A stretch of 48,548 nt of DNA, from positions 1 to 48,548 of the forward strand of contig JAYUKI010000687.1 of NCBI GenBank assembly GCA_043764595.1, given 5' to 3'. Below are positions 17,121 through 26,333 of the stretch, one piece after another. The notes below the pieces were generated by a model. It made no database searches and was not told where the DNA came from. It saw only the letters and a program-made list of their open reading frames with translations. Each line of letters begins with the position of its first letter. Positions within the stretch are counted from its first letter, which is position 1. Origin of the DNA: Myxococcales bacterium (GTDB lineage: Bacteria > Myxococcota_A > Polyangia > Polyangiales > Polyangiaceae). The position numbers and the translations under genes are program-made.

Positions 17121-18386
17121 CTAGAGCCGTCCGGACGGACGGAGACGCATGAAGGGGCGTTCCACCAGGGTGTAGACCAGGGTGGCTACGGCAAACGTGC
17201 CCGCGAGGTCCACGGCGAAGAGCGAGACCATGGACCACGTCCCTCGCGAAATGCCTTGGGCGAGCGCTCCACGAACCAGAAGCGTCACGATTGGATTCAC
17301 GAGATACGCCGAGTACGAGAGCTGTGCAAAAGGCCACAGGACCTTCGCAGACAGCGCTCGAGCGAGCGCGCGGCCGACGGAATGCTGCGAGAGAACCAGC
17401 ACGAGCAGGTAGGCCACCGCCATCCCGAACGCCGCGCGAAATGTTCCCATGTAGACGAGCCCCACGGCGCGGCTCGATAGGGCAAAAAGGGGCCAGTGCG
17501 TGCTGACGAGCGCGACGCCAAGTGCGACGAAGAGGCCGAGGGTTCCAGCGATTCTGGCTCGTGCGAGCTTGTCCATGGCCCGTGGCATGCGGTGCACGAG
17601 GGCGGCGAGGACTCCGGCCAAGAGCGGACCCGCTCGCATCCATGGCTTCGTATAGAGATCATCGAAGGCGGCCTCCCAGCGCGGGGCGGGACGATTGGGC
17701 ACGATCTCGACGTCGAAAGGGAAATATCCGTGCGAGCTCGCGACGAAGATCCCTAGTCCAGAAAGAGCCGCGACGAGGAGCACGAGCACGACGGGCCGAG
17801 CCATGGGGCGGAGCCTCGCGAGGCCCCACAAGAGCCACGGGCACGTGAGGTAAAACTGCTCTTCGATCGCCAAAGACCAGGTCCATGGCATGCAGGCGCT
17901 TCGTACCGGCACGAAATTCACGACGTAGAGAACGACCGCCCAGGCCGTGCTGCGGTGAATCTCGACGGTGGCAAGGTCGAACGCGAGCGCGACGGAGAGG
18001 GCCGGGAAGAGGCGCATGGCGCGGCGCACGTAGAAGAGGCCGAACCTGACTTTTCCGGTTCGCTCGCGCTCGTCCACCAGCATCCCGCCGATCAAGAACC
18101 CGGAGAGCACGAAGAAGACGTCGACCCCGAAGGCCCCCCGCCACGCGGGCAGCATGGCGGGTGAAACCAAGAGCCTGACGTACTCGAGCGGCGGAAGCAC
18201 GCCGACCGAATAAACCCCGGTATGAAACGCAACGACCCACAGAATGGCCAAGGCGCGGAGCCCGTCGACGGGTCGGAGGCGACCTTCCGGGACACGAAAC
18301 AAGCTCCCGAGGTTCGACCGAAGCGAAAACGCCGCGCGCAGCCTGGCGAAGGCTTCGTGCGGCGTTCCATCGGGCTTCCCGGCCAT
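17121..18386 (-). CDS. Acyltransferase family 3 (OafA/YrhL-like) integral membrane O-acyltransferase.
   Basis: LRALAILWVVAFHTG motif, about 10 TM segments, SLAIEEQFY motif. The track start at 18404 is TTG. ATG at 18386. Confidence 0.85.
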   Translation of the reverse strand: MAGKPDGTPHEAFARLRAAFSLRSNLGSLFRVPEGRLRPVDGLRALAILWVVAFHTGVYSVGVLPPLEYVRLLVSPAMLPAWRGAFGVDVFFVLSGFLIGGMLVDERERTGKVRFGLFYVRRAMRLFPALSVALAFDLATVEIHRSTAWAVVLYVVNFVPVRSACMPWTWSLAIEEQFYLTCPWLLWGLARLRPMARPVVLVLLVAALSGLGIFVASSHGYFPFDVEIVPNRPAPRWEAAFDDLYTKPWMRAGPLLAGVLAALVHRMPRAMDKLARARIAGTLGLFVALGVALVSTHWPLFALSSRAVGLVYMGTFRAAFGMAVAYLLVLVLSQHSVGRALARALSAKVLWPFAQLSYSAYLVNPIVTLLVRGALAQGISRGTWSMVSLFAVDLAGTFAVATLVYTLVERPFMRLRPSGRL

Positions 18387-18442
18387 GCGCCGGAACCCTA
18401 CCAAAGCTCGAGGCGCGAAAGCGCGGTCGTCCGCGCGGCTTT

Positions 18443-19042
18443 CTACTTTGCGACGCGATCGTCGAGCTTGCCGTCGAGCATGTCGATCTGGTTCTTCGTT
18501 TCCTGGAATTTTTCCGGGGTCAGAATGCTCCGCTCGAGCATGACGGTGAGCAGCGTGCGCGAAAAGAGCGCGAGCGACTCGACGTCGTGCCGGAGCTCGA
18601 GCACCTGGGCTTCGAGCGCGGCCACTCTCGGGTCCGCCGCTTGGCCGCCGTACCCTGCGTAGCTCGCGCCCATCGCCGCGCCCGGCGGGGGACCTCCGGG
18701 AGGCCCGCCTGGAGTGCCCATCGGCGAGCCATAACCGGCATTCGAGGCGAACGCGTCGCCGGCTGTGGGATAGCCCCCTTGTCCGCCGTACGGCGACGGA
18801 GAGCCTCCCATCGGAGGTCCGCCCATTCCCGCTTGTCCGCCATAGGGATCGCTGGTTTGCGGGGAATAAGGGGCGCCCATCATTCCCCCGAGCGGATTCC
18901 CAAGTGGATTGCCGAGCGCGCCTGCGGCGGCCTGCGCGAGCCCACCGAGAGGAGATCCCTGCGGTGCCTGTCCAAAGCCGGGTTGCCCGGGAAATTGTGC
19001 CGACGGTCCCATGATGCCCTTGAGCCAGTCCATCGCTGCCAT
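18443..19042 (-). CDS. Gly/Pro/Met-rich low-complexity protein with a C-terminal coiled-coil segment, hypothetical.
   Basis: MAAMDWLKGIMGP, then about 130 aa of GGxPxG-type low complexity, then AALEAQVLELRHDVESLALFSRTLLTVMLE...QIDMLDGKLDDRV. Confidence 0.5.
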   Translation of the reverse strand: MAAMDWLKGIMGPSAQFPGQPGFGQAPQGSPLGGLAQAAAGALGNPLGNPLGGMMGAPYSPQTSDPYGGQAGMGGPPMGGSPSPYGGQGGYPTAGDAFASNAGYGSPMGTPGGPPGGPPPGAAMGASYAGYGGQAADPRVAALEAQVLELRHDVESLALFSRTLLTVMLERSILTPEKFQETKNQIDMLDGKLDDRVAK

Positions 19043-19275
19043 TCGTGACCTCCGCGCGGGAGCATACCGGTCCACGGGACCAAGGAGCCCCTTGATTTCC
19101 TCCCGTCGGCCAGCCGCCGCCGCCGCGCCCGGCCCTTCTGCGTTGCGACCCTCGCGTGTCTACTCTCCAGAAAACGGCGCCGCGACGAGAAAGCGCCGCT
19201 GGAACGATGGAGCACGGGCCCGGGCACGAGCCAAACGAGGCATGGAAGGAAGCATCCGCGACGCGTCGCGGGAGG

Positions 19276-20106
19276 TCAACGCGGTCGAACGGGGCGATCG
19301 TCCCGAGGGTCGTCCGGAAAGATGTGCCGTGTGTGGTAGCTCGGCATGAAGAAGCGAAAAATCGCCTTCGGAACGGTCATCCATGCAAGCCGTACGTCGG
19401 TCTTTTGGTTCGCCAAAACCTCGTCGCAAAGCCAAGGACCGACGACGTCGGCACGGTCGGCGATGAACTGGAAAAGACGACGGGCCTTTCGGTAGTTCTC
19501 GGGGTCACCCTTCTGATAAACGTCGAGGAGGAGGTCGGTCACCACGACTCCTGGGCTCAACGTGCAAACGAGTATCGGCGTCTTCCGAAGCTCTGCCGCG
19601 AGCGAGCGCGTGAAGTAGCGCACCGCCACCTTGGTGCTGCCGTAGGTGCTCATTCCGGACTGCCTACTTCCGTCGCTTCCGAAACCCTCCATGTTGTAGA
19701 GCGCACCGAAGCCTTGCTTGCGCATTCCCTCGATGGCGACGTGCGAGCCCAACATCGTGCCGAGCAAGTTCGTTTGGACGGTTGCGGCGACCACCTCGGG
19801 GGCTTGCTCGATGAAGTCCACTTGGGGGCTGCTCGTTCCGGCGTTGTTGATCCACACGTCGACCCGGGAAAACGAGGTCTTCGTGAGCTCGAAGAGTGCA
19901 CGGAGATCGGCCGACTTCGTCACGTCGCAGGCGGTTCCGACGATTCGGCCAGGCCCATGCTTTTCCGAGAGCGAATCCACCGTGGCCCTCACGGCTGCGG
20001 CGTCCCGTCCACACACCGCGACCCTCGCGCCACGCGCGAGAAAACCTTCGGCCATGGCGAGCCCGATTCCCTTGGTGGCCCCGGTGATCACGACGACCCG
20101 GCTCAT
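19276..20106 (-). CDS. Short-chain dehydrogenase/reductase (classical SDR) with a C-terminal extension.
   Basis: VVVITGATKGIGLAMA (TGxxxGxG), NNAG, YGSTKVAV (YxxxK). The ATG overlaps the upstream stop as ATGA (20103-20106). Confidence 0.85.
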   Translation of the reverse strand: MSRVVVITGATKGIGLAMAEGFLARGARVAVCGRDAAAVRATVDSLSEKHGPGRIVGTACDVTKSADLRALFELTKTSFSRVDVWINNAGTSSPQVDFIEQAPEVVAATVQTNLLGTMLGSHVAIEGMRKQGFGALYNMEGFGSDGSRQSGMSTYGSTKVAVRYFTRSLAAELRKTPILVCTLSPGVVVTDLLLDVYQKGDPENYRKARRLFQFIADRADVVGPWLCDEVLANQKTDVRLAWMTVPKAIFRFFMPSYHTRHIFPDDPRDDRPVRPR

Positions 20107-21137
20107 CGGACGAGGCGCTCGCGGCGCAACGGCCGCCACTTGTAGCGGCATGGCATCGGAATGTGCAATGCGGAGTCGAGGATTGCGCCGGCGAGCGGGC
20201 CGCGGTCCATCCACTCGACGTCCGCCGCCAGCGGTGTGGCGAATGTCTCGCGCCAAGGCTCGCGGTCGATGGTGAGAACGTAGACGAAGCCTAGGGGGTC
20301 GACCCCGAAGGCGTCGTAGCACTCGACGAGGGCCTCCCGAAGCTCGCTTCGAGACTGCCACACGCTCGACCTCGGTGGGCTCTGCCCCGCTCGCGCATCG
20401 AGCACGACCCTCGCTTTTCCTTGCGCGTTCGTGCCTTTTGGCGTGACAGAAAAGGTGATTTGTTCCGAGCTCTTGCGAAGGTCGATGGTGGCGGCCTCGA
20501 AGTCGTGGAATCGGAACTCGACGAGGGCATTCCCGACGGCGCGCATCACGGCATGATCGGTCTCGCTTCGAACGAAATAGCCGCCGCGGCGTACGCCATG
20601 CGCACCGGTGTAGCGCACGGCGGCGCGGTAGCTCACTTGGTGGAAATCGACGCCGAAGAGCGCCGGGACGCCTTGCGGACGCATCTCGCGAAGGCGGGAC
20701 GCGAGCACCTGCACCCACGCGCGTCCATGGAAGATCTCCGGCTCGAGTGGGGGAGGCAAGAGCGAGCGCAGGGCCTCCGGATCGACCGAATAGTTGAGTG
20801 AGATGGCGTCGAGCCAGGCCGTCTCGACGGTCGTGAGCCAAGGAAGCGAGGGGCACTCTTCCATGCCCGGCGTCGACGGTGAGGGATCGAGGGCGCGCTC
20901 GATGGCCGCGTGCACGGCGAGCAGCGCCGTTCCCCCACGCGGAGAAAGCTCGAGCGAAGGTCCACGAGAGATCACCTCGCCTCGCGAAACGAGGATCTCA
21001 CAGGCGGCGACGGCTTCGTCCAGCTGGACTCCGACCTCCCCGAGCCGTTCGACGAGCTCGTTCGGACGAAGGCCCGCGGGGGATGCGGCGAGTGCGCCGA
21101 GGACCGCAATTTCCGAAAGGGGGCGTGCGGCGCTCAC
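20103..21137 (-). CDS. Winged-helix (MarR/PadR-like) N-terminal domain fused to a DUF2071 (acetoacetate-decarboxylase-like fold) domain.
   Basis: LSEIAVLGALAASPAGLRPNELVERLGE...ILVSRGEVIS looks like a wHTH. WLDAISLNYSVDPEALRSLLPPPLEPEIFHGRAWVQVLASRLREMRP...VSYRAAVRY...GGYFVRSETD matches the DUF2071 pattern. The GTG start overlaps the upstream stop as GTGA (21134-21137). Confidence 0.6.
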   Translation of the reverse strand: MSAARPLSEIAVLGALAASPAGLRPNELVERLGEVGVQLDEAVAACEILVSRGEVISRGPSLELSPRGGTALLAVHAAIERALDPSPSTPGMEECPSLPWLTTVETAWLDAISLNYSVDPEALRSLLPPPLEPEIFHGRAWVQVLASRLREMRPQGVPALFGVDFHQVSYRAAVRYTGAHGVRRGGYFVRSETDHAVMRAVGNALVEFRFHDFEAATIDLRKSSEQITFSVTPKGTNAQGKARVVLDARAGQSPPRSSVWQSRSELREALVECYDAFGVDPLGFVYVLTIDREPWRETFATPLAADVEWMDRGPLAGAILDSALHIPMPCRYKWRPLRRERLVR

Positions 21138-21742
21138 GTGCGGACCTCTGCGCGAAGCCGAAGCTTGGCGCGGTGAAGCAGCGCGCCTCCGGTGCCTTGT
21201 GTGAGCACCCAGAGCACCGCGAAGATGGCAAACTGCTCTTTTGGTCGCATCGCGAGGACGATCGCCATGGCCGCCCAAATCGCAGCGGGCACGTACCACC
21301 CTCGCCCCATGATCGAGCCCATGGCGGAGAAGGTCATCGCAGCGACGATGCACGCCACGGCAGGCATGAAGAGCATCACGCGAATTCCGAGCAGGTAGTT
21401 CACCACCGCCGTGAGCGCCATCGCGGCCACGAAGGTGTTCCAGAGGGCGAACGTTTGGCGGTCGATGTAGGAGCGTGGCCCTTCGCTCTTGCCCTTGAGA
21501 AACACGATGAACGCGCCATTCAGGACGAACACGACCGTCCAAAGGAGAACGTAGGGCAGGGGCTCGTAGCGCTCGCGCGCGAGCAAAAGGTGCGTTCCGA
21601 AGAAACCGGCACCGTTCGAGATCGACGAGCACATCCAGATGAGCCCGAAGTTCTGAAGAGCGGTGTCGTCGCGTGTCTTCGCCGCCAGTTTGCGAAGCAC
21701 GAGGAGCGCGTCCGTCGCTTGCTCTCGATCCATCCCGGTCAC
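21134..21742 (-). CDS. Membrane protein (5-6 TM), hypothetical.
   Basis: Hydrophobic segments throughout (GLIWMCSSISNGAGFFG, VLLWTVVFVLNGAFIVFL, and others). GTG 21742 or ATG 21733. Confidence 0.6.
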   Translation of the reverse strand: MTGMDREQATDALLVLRKLAAKTRDDTALQNFGLIWMCSSISNGAGFFGTHLLLARERYEPLPYVLLWTVVFVLNGAFIVFLKGKSEGPRSYIDRQTFALWNTFVAAMALTAVVNYLLGIRVMLFMPAVACIVAAMTFSAMGSIMGRGWYVPAAIWAAMAIVLAMRPKEQFAIFAVLWVLTQGTGGALLHRAKLRLRAEVRT

Positions 21743-21764
21743 GATACCCCGATAGTCGGGCTAC

Positions 21765-22505
21765 TCACCTCGGGATCGAACTTTTGACGGCACGAACGAA
21801 CGCGTCCGCGCGGTGCTCGTTCGGGGGGACGCGGGCGAGAATGCTGCCATTCGCGTCGAAAATGGCCGAGTCGCCTTGGCCGGGGATCGCGACGACCCCC
21901 GGTCCCCAATTGGCGTTCGCGATCGCGACACGAAACCGCGTGGCCAGTGTGGCGAGCTGCGGCAGTCGTGTGGCTTCGTCGTCGACCCATGCGCTCGTGA
22001 AGGCCAGCAGATCGGCCTGTTCGAGCTCGTGGGACGCGTCTTCCGGCAGGAAATGGAGGTCGTAGCAGACGCCGAAGGTCAGCGTGATTCCTGCGATTCG
22101 CACGAGCGGTGGGGGCGAGCGGCCTGGTGTGGCCCAGCGCTCCGGGATCCACGGGTGGCGCTTCCGGTAGGCGGTGACCTCTCCCGTAGGTTCGACGAGC
22201 ACGGCGGCGTTCGAGATCGTGTCGCCTTCACGAAGTACGAGCGGCACGACGAGGTTCGCATGCCGCCGCTTCGCGATGCGCTTTGCCTCCGTCACCGTTG
22301 TTCCGTCGAGGGGCTCGGCAAAACGCGAGAGATCGATGTCGCCCCGGGGTGACAAATACCCAGTGAAAGCAAGCTCGGGCACGACGAGCAGATCGGCATG
22401 CGTGTGCGCGAGCTCTTGGTCGATGTCGTCGAGCGCTTCGTCACGGGCGTCCCACCGCGCAGGCATCTCGAGCACGGCCACGCGAATCCCGGCATCGTCC
22501 GTCAC
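21765..22505 (-). CDS. Carbon-nitrogen hydrolase (nitrilase superfamily) protein.
   Basis: Glu-Lys-Cys triad context: LLVVPELAFTGY, YRKRHPW, TFGVCYDLHF. GTG start 5 nt after the PAS-gene stop. Confidence 0.8.
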   Translation of the reverse strand: MTDDAGIRVAVLEMPARWDARDEALDDIDQELAHTHADLLVVPELAFTGYLSPRGDIDLSRFAEPLDGTTVTEAKRIAKRRHANLVVPLVLREGDTISNAAVLVEPTGEVTAYRKRHPWIPERWATPGRSPPPLVRIAGITLTFGVCYDLHFLPEDASHELEQADLLAFTSAWVDDEATRLPQLATLATRFRVAIANANWGPGVVAIPGQGDSAIFDANGSILARVPPNEHRADAFVRAVKSSIPR

Positions 22506-22510
22506 GGGGC

Positions 22511-23602
22511 TCAGCCTACCGACATCAGGAGGTCCCGGGCGAGAGCGAGCGCCTCGGCGACCTTCGGGTCGGTCGAGCTCGATTGTTCGAGGAGCGCGAC
22601 GATGCGGGTGGCCGCTTCGGCCGCCCGGCCACCTGCTTCGGCGAGGGGCTCGAGCGCCATGACGTGCTCCAAGGCCTCGCGAGCCCGAGTGTTCACGAGC
22701 GTAAGCTCGTCCTCCATGGCTTTGCGGTCGGTGATGTCGAGCGATACCCCGAGAAGGTATTTGGGGTGGCCGTCCGGATCGAGAATGGGGATCTTCTTCG
22801 TATAGAGGTAGCGTCTACCTTCTTTGGTATCGATTGGCTCTTCTACGGAGACGACCTTCTTCTGCGCGAGGGTTTCGCGGTCGCGAGCATGGAAGAAGTC
22901 GGCCTGCTCTTTCGGGAAAAAGTCTTCGTCCGATTTGCCAATGAGCCCTTCGCGATCGAGGCCCAAGAGGTCGCGCCCGGAGCGATTGAAGAGCACGAAT
23001 TTGAGGCTCTCGTCCTTCACGAACACCATCGTCGGAATATGCTCGACGACCTCCGAATAGAACCACGGCTCACGCTCTTCAGCCTCTTTGCGCATCCCTC
23101 GAGGGTAGAGCGCTTCCTCGGCGCGAGGGCGAAAACCTTCGCTCCAAAACCTAGTGCTTCTTCGGCCCTGGATTGGATGGAGGTGAGCCATGCGGGGATT
23201 GGGGGCCGGGCCAAGGTAGTCGGGGTCTGGACCCGGCGGTGCACCGTAGGGCTTCGCGACCGCCGACGTTCGACCCGCATCGCGCGGAGGAGCGACGGAC
23301 ACGACGGGCGCGACGCCAGCGTCGACGGCGTCGGGCTCACGAGCGATGGGCATCGTGGGCGACTGAGCGTCCGAGGGCGGAGGTGCTGCGCCGTAGGCGG
23401 CCGCGACCGTGGGTGTTTCTTTGGAGCACGCGGCTGCGCCAACCGAGACCGCCATCGCACCGAAGACCATGGCGGCGCGGCTCATCCGCCCGCGCGGCGC
23501 GGGGAGTGGGGACATTGCGGGGAGGCAGGCCCCGCAGAACGGACAAAGGTTCGAGCCAAAACGAACGTGGCGCGAGCACGACACGCAGAGGACGAGGGCC
23601 AT
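22511..23602 (-). CDS. Zinc-ribbon / TM / PAS-domain protein with no recognisable output domain.
   Basis: N-terminus: MALVLCVSCSRHVRFGSNLCPFCGA. TM segment: AAMVFGAMAVSVGAAA. Pro/Ala linker. PAS: VVEHIPTMVFVKDESLKFVLFNRSGRDLLG...FFPKEQADFFHARDRETL...YLYTKKIPILDPDGHPKYLLGVSLDITDRK. The tail is a short helix. Confidence 0.75.
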   Translation of the reverse strand: MALVLCVSCSRHVRFGSNLCPFCGACLPAMSPLPAPRGRMSRAAMVFGAMAVSVGAAACSKETPTVAAAYGAAPPPSDAQSPTMPIAREPDAVDAGVAPVVSVAPPRDAGRTSAVAKPYGAPPGPDPDYLGPAPNPRMAHLHPIQGRRSTRFWSEGFRPRAEEALYPRGMRKEAEEREPWFYSEVVEHIPTMVFVKDESLKFVLFNRSGRDLLGLDREGLIGKSDEDFFPKEQADFFHARDRETLAQKKVVSVEEPIDTKEGRRYLYTKKIPILDPDGHPKYLLGVSLDITDRKAMEDELTLVNTRAREALEHVMALEPLAEAGGRAAEAATRIVALLEQSSSTDPKVAEALALARDLLMSVG

Positions 23603-23666
23603 GGGCCGAGAATACCGAAACGCCGGCGGCCGCGCGGCTCGCCAAAAAGACGGAACGGCTTCGGGA

Positions 23667-24428
23667 CTACCCGACTTGAGGTATGTCCTCGATCTTCTTC
23701 AAGAAACGTTTGGCAACCGCGTAGGCGTCGCCCGGCCAACGGGCGGAAACGTAAGCTCCGTCCTCCACGACGAAAGCATGGGCGTCGTCGTCCGCCGTTC
23801 CTCGGGACGTGAGGGTGCGTGGTCCGACCTCGAAGTCGGTCGGTGCGGCCAGGGCCGCGCGAACCTCGTCTTCCACGTAAGCGGGATACGTTCGGTAGTA
23901 CCGACCGAGCTTCCATGCCGTGAGAAAATACGCCGTGCGCTCCATGTATTTCGGGAGGCAAGTCGTGCGCTTTCCGTGGAGGACCGAATGCCCCGTCGTC
24001 GCATCACGGCTCCGCGCAAGGACGAGGACTCCGTGGCATATGGCGCCTACGGGCCGACCCGTTGCCACGAACTCGGCCACCTTTGCTTGAAGTACGGTAC
24101 TTCCCAAGTACTGCCGCATGCCAGGGGCGTGCCCGCCCGGAAGGAAGATGCCTGCATACTTCGCCGGATCGAAGTCGCGCCACCGTGCTGGGGAGCGGAA
24201 AGAGAGGGCCGACTCGAGCTCGCGATAGAACGTCACGGGCCCCTTTTCGGCACCGAGCTGCCCGAACAGCACTCCCGTAAGCAGCAACGGATCGCACGCG
24301 GGAGTGGCGCCGTCTTCGGTGGCAAACACCACGTCGACGGCAGCCTGCGTGAGGATCTTCCAGGGGACGGCGACTTCGGTCACGTCGAAGTCCCGGTCGG
24401 GGAGGGGGATCCACACGGAACGCTTCAT
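23667..24428 (-). CDS. DJ-1/PfpI-family (type 1 glutamine amidotransferase-like) protein.
   Basis: IFLPGGHAP...GRPVGAICHGV nucleophile-elbow motif. ATG 24428 (MKRSVWIPL). Confidence 0.75.
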   Translation of the reverse strand: MKRSVWIPLPDRDFDVTEVAVPWKILTQAAVDVVFATEDGATPACDPLLLTGVLFGQLGAEKGPVTFYRELESALSFRSPARWRDFDPAKYAGIFLPGGHAPGMRQYLGSTVLQAKVAEFVATGRPVGAICHGVLVLARSRDATTGHSVLHGKRTTCLPKYMERTAYFLTAWKLGRYYRTYPAYVEDEVRAALAAPTDFEVGPRTLTSRGTADDDAHAFVVEDGAYVSARWPGDAYAVAKRFLKKIEDIPQVG

Positions 24429-24688
24429 GCGCACAGACTAGCCTGGATTCCTCACGCGGTTCATGCGGCGAGCCGCCGAGACCGCAGCGAAAAGCTCGCA
24501 CTCCCCACCGTAGGACCGAGGCGAACTGGCCACACGTCGCAGCGCCGAGGAGCGCCGGACGAGCTTCGCAACAAGAGGACCGTCTGGCGCGCACGGAAGC
24601 GTCATGAAGAATCTGGTCGAGGCGCAGGGGCGCTTTTGCTCGGCGGTTCGTACGCACTTCGGACGGCGAGGCGGAGTATCCTCCCGCC

Positions 24689-25678
24689 ATGTTCCGAGTC
24701 TTGGATGTTTCCGCCGAAGGCCGAGCGACCGTTCACGAGGGCGACGCGGCCATTCAAGCCGCTCTTGGCCCCCCGGACTCAGGAATCGTGCGGTGGATCG
24801 ACCTCGAAGCCCAAGACGCCGATTCGCTCGAGCTCTTGCGCAGTCGGTTCGACTTTCATCCCCTCGCCATCGAGGACTGTCTCCATCTCGACCAGCGCCC
24901 GAAAGTGGAAGAGTTCGGTGCGGTGGTTTTCGTGGTGACCCATGGCTTTTTATGTCCCGAAGCCAAAGTGAAAAAGCTCGAGCCCCTCGAGCTCCATTCT
25001 TTCCTCGGACCGGGCTACCTGGTCACGGTCCACCAGGAGCCCCTTCCTCAGCTCGACGCGGCGTGGAAACGGGCGCTAGCCAAACCCATTCTCGGCACAC
25101 GAGGGGCGGACTTTTTGCACTACCTCGTCGTCGATCACATGGTGGACAGCAACTTTCCGATTCTCGACAAGTTCTCCGAGGAGCTCGAGACGCTGGAGGA
25201 GGCCGTCCTTTGGACGCCTTCGCGCGCCCATCTGGCGCGCATTTTTGCGCTCAAACACGAGCTCGCGATCATGCGTCGCGTGCTCTCCCCGCAGAGGGAC
25301 GTCGTGCTCATGTTGGCCAAGCTCGACGACGAGCACGTGTCCCCCCGAAACGCGGCCTATTACCGCGACGTGTACGACCACCTCGTGCGCATCTCCGAGT
25401 CGATCGACTCCAATCGAGATTTGCTCGGTAGCACGATGGATGCCTATCTCTCTTCGGTATCGAACCGCACGAACGAGATCATGAAGTATCTCACGCTCAT
25501 GAGTGCGGTATTCTTGCCACTCAGCTTCGTCGTGGGCTTCTTTGGGCAAAACTTCGACGACATGCCTGGAATGCCAGGCTGGACTCACTCGCATCAGCTC
25601 ATGTGGGTGATGCTCGTGGCGTGCCTCGGGATACCGGCCGCGATGCTTGGGTGGTTTCGCTACAAGAAGTGGTTGTGA
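24689..25678 (+). CDS. corA: CorA-family divalent metal ion transporter, with GQN in place of GMN.
   Basis: Typical CorA length and architecture. Two C-terminal TM helices: LTLMSAVFLPLSFVVGFFGQNFDDMPG...WVMLVACLGIPAAMLGWF. The N-terminal domain has FHPLAIEDC. Confidence 0.85.
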   Translation: MFRVLDVSAEGRATVHEGDAAIQAALGPPDSGIVRWIDLEAQDADSLELLRSRFDFHPLAIEDCLHLDQRPKVEEFGAVVFVVTHGFLCPEAKVKKLEPLELHSFLGPGYLVTVHQEPLPQLDAAWKRALAKPILGTRGADFLHYLVVDHMVDSNFPILDKFSEELETLEEAVLWTPSRAHLARIFALKHELAIMRRVLSPQRDVVLMLAKLDDEHVSPRNAAYYRDVYDHLVRISESIDSNRDLLGSTMDAYLSSVSNRTNEIMKYLTLMSAVFLPLSFVVGFFGQNFDDMPGMPGWTHSHQLMWVMLVACLGIPAAMLGWFRYKKWL

Positions 25679-25742
25679 GGGAGCCGATGCTTGGCCGAAA
25701 TCCCGCCCACCGCGACGCCGACAGCCGTTCGTGAACGAGGTC

Positions 25743-26333
25743 TCAGGACGGGAAAACGTGGTGAAAGAGCTCCGCGCGGCTCGTCACGCCGCACTTCGTG
25801 TACACCTGCGACAAATGCTGCCTGACCGTCTTGTCGGAGATGCGCAAGACCTCCGCGACCTCGGCGCTCGGTAATCCTTTCAATACCAGGCGTGCGACTT
25901 CCGCCTCCTTTTCGGTGAGCTTCGCGCGGCGGAGGCAGCGCTCGACGAGGTGCGACGTGTCGTCTCGCTCGGCGAGCACCCTCCCGAGAACGGCCAAGAG
26001 ATCGGCCGAAGCGAAGGGCTTCTCCATCAGGTAGGCCGCGCCGTCGTTTAGTGCCCGTTTTACGGTATCCAGATTCGCGAAGGCGGTAATCACGACCACG
26101 GCAAGCCCCGGGAAGGCCTCGCGAAGTGGCTTTACGAGAAGTACCCCTGCGAGGTCGTCCGCTCCGAGCTTCACGTCGAGCACGGCCGCGTCCAGATCGG
26201 TTTCGGCTTCGGCGACGGCGCGCGCTTCGTCCGCCGAGCCCACGGCGAAACAGGTGTATCCGGCACGTTTGAGGGCGCGAGCGAGCGCTTCGCGGGAATC
26301 GACTTCGTCCTCGACCAGGAGAATCTGCTTCAT
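25743..26333 (-). CDS. Response regulator, NarL/LuxR (FixJ) family.
   Basis: Receiver domain: MKQILLVEDE...AAVLDVKLG...ITAF...KP. LuxR HTH: LTEKEAEVARLVLKGLPSAEVAEVLRISDKTVRQHLSQVYTKCGV. The ATG overlaps the kinase stop as ATGA. Confidence 0.9.
   Translation of the reverse strand: MKQILLVEDEVDSREALARALKRAGYTCFAVGSADEARAVAEAETDLDAAVLDVKLGADDLAGVLLVKPLREAFPGLAVVVITAFANLDTVKRALNDGAAYLMEKPFASADLLAVLGRVLAERDDTSHLVERCLRRAKLTEKEAEVARLVLKGLPSAEVAEVLRISDKTVRQHLSQVYTKCGVTSRAELFHHVFPS

Noticed and set aside
24435-24688. A 254-nt leader upstream of corA, considered as a possible Mg2+ (M-box-type) riboswitch.
   Set aside because: I could not recognise any conserved riboswitch core. The region is also the divergent promoter region shared with the DJ-1-like gene.
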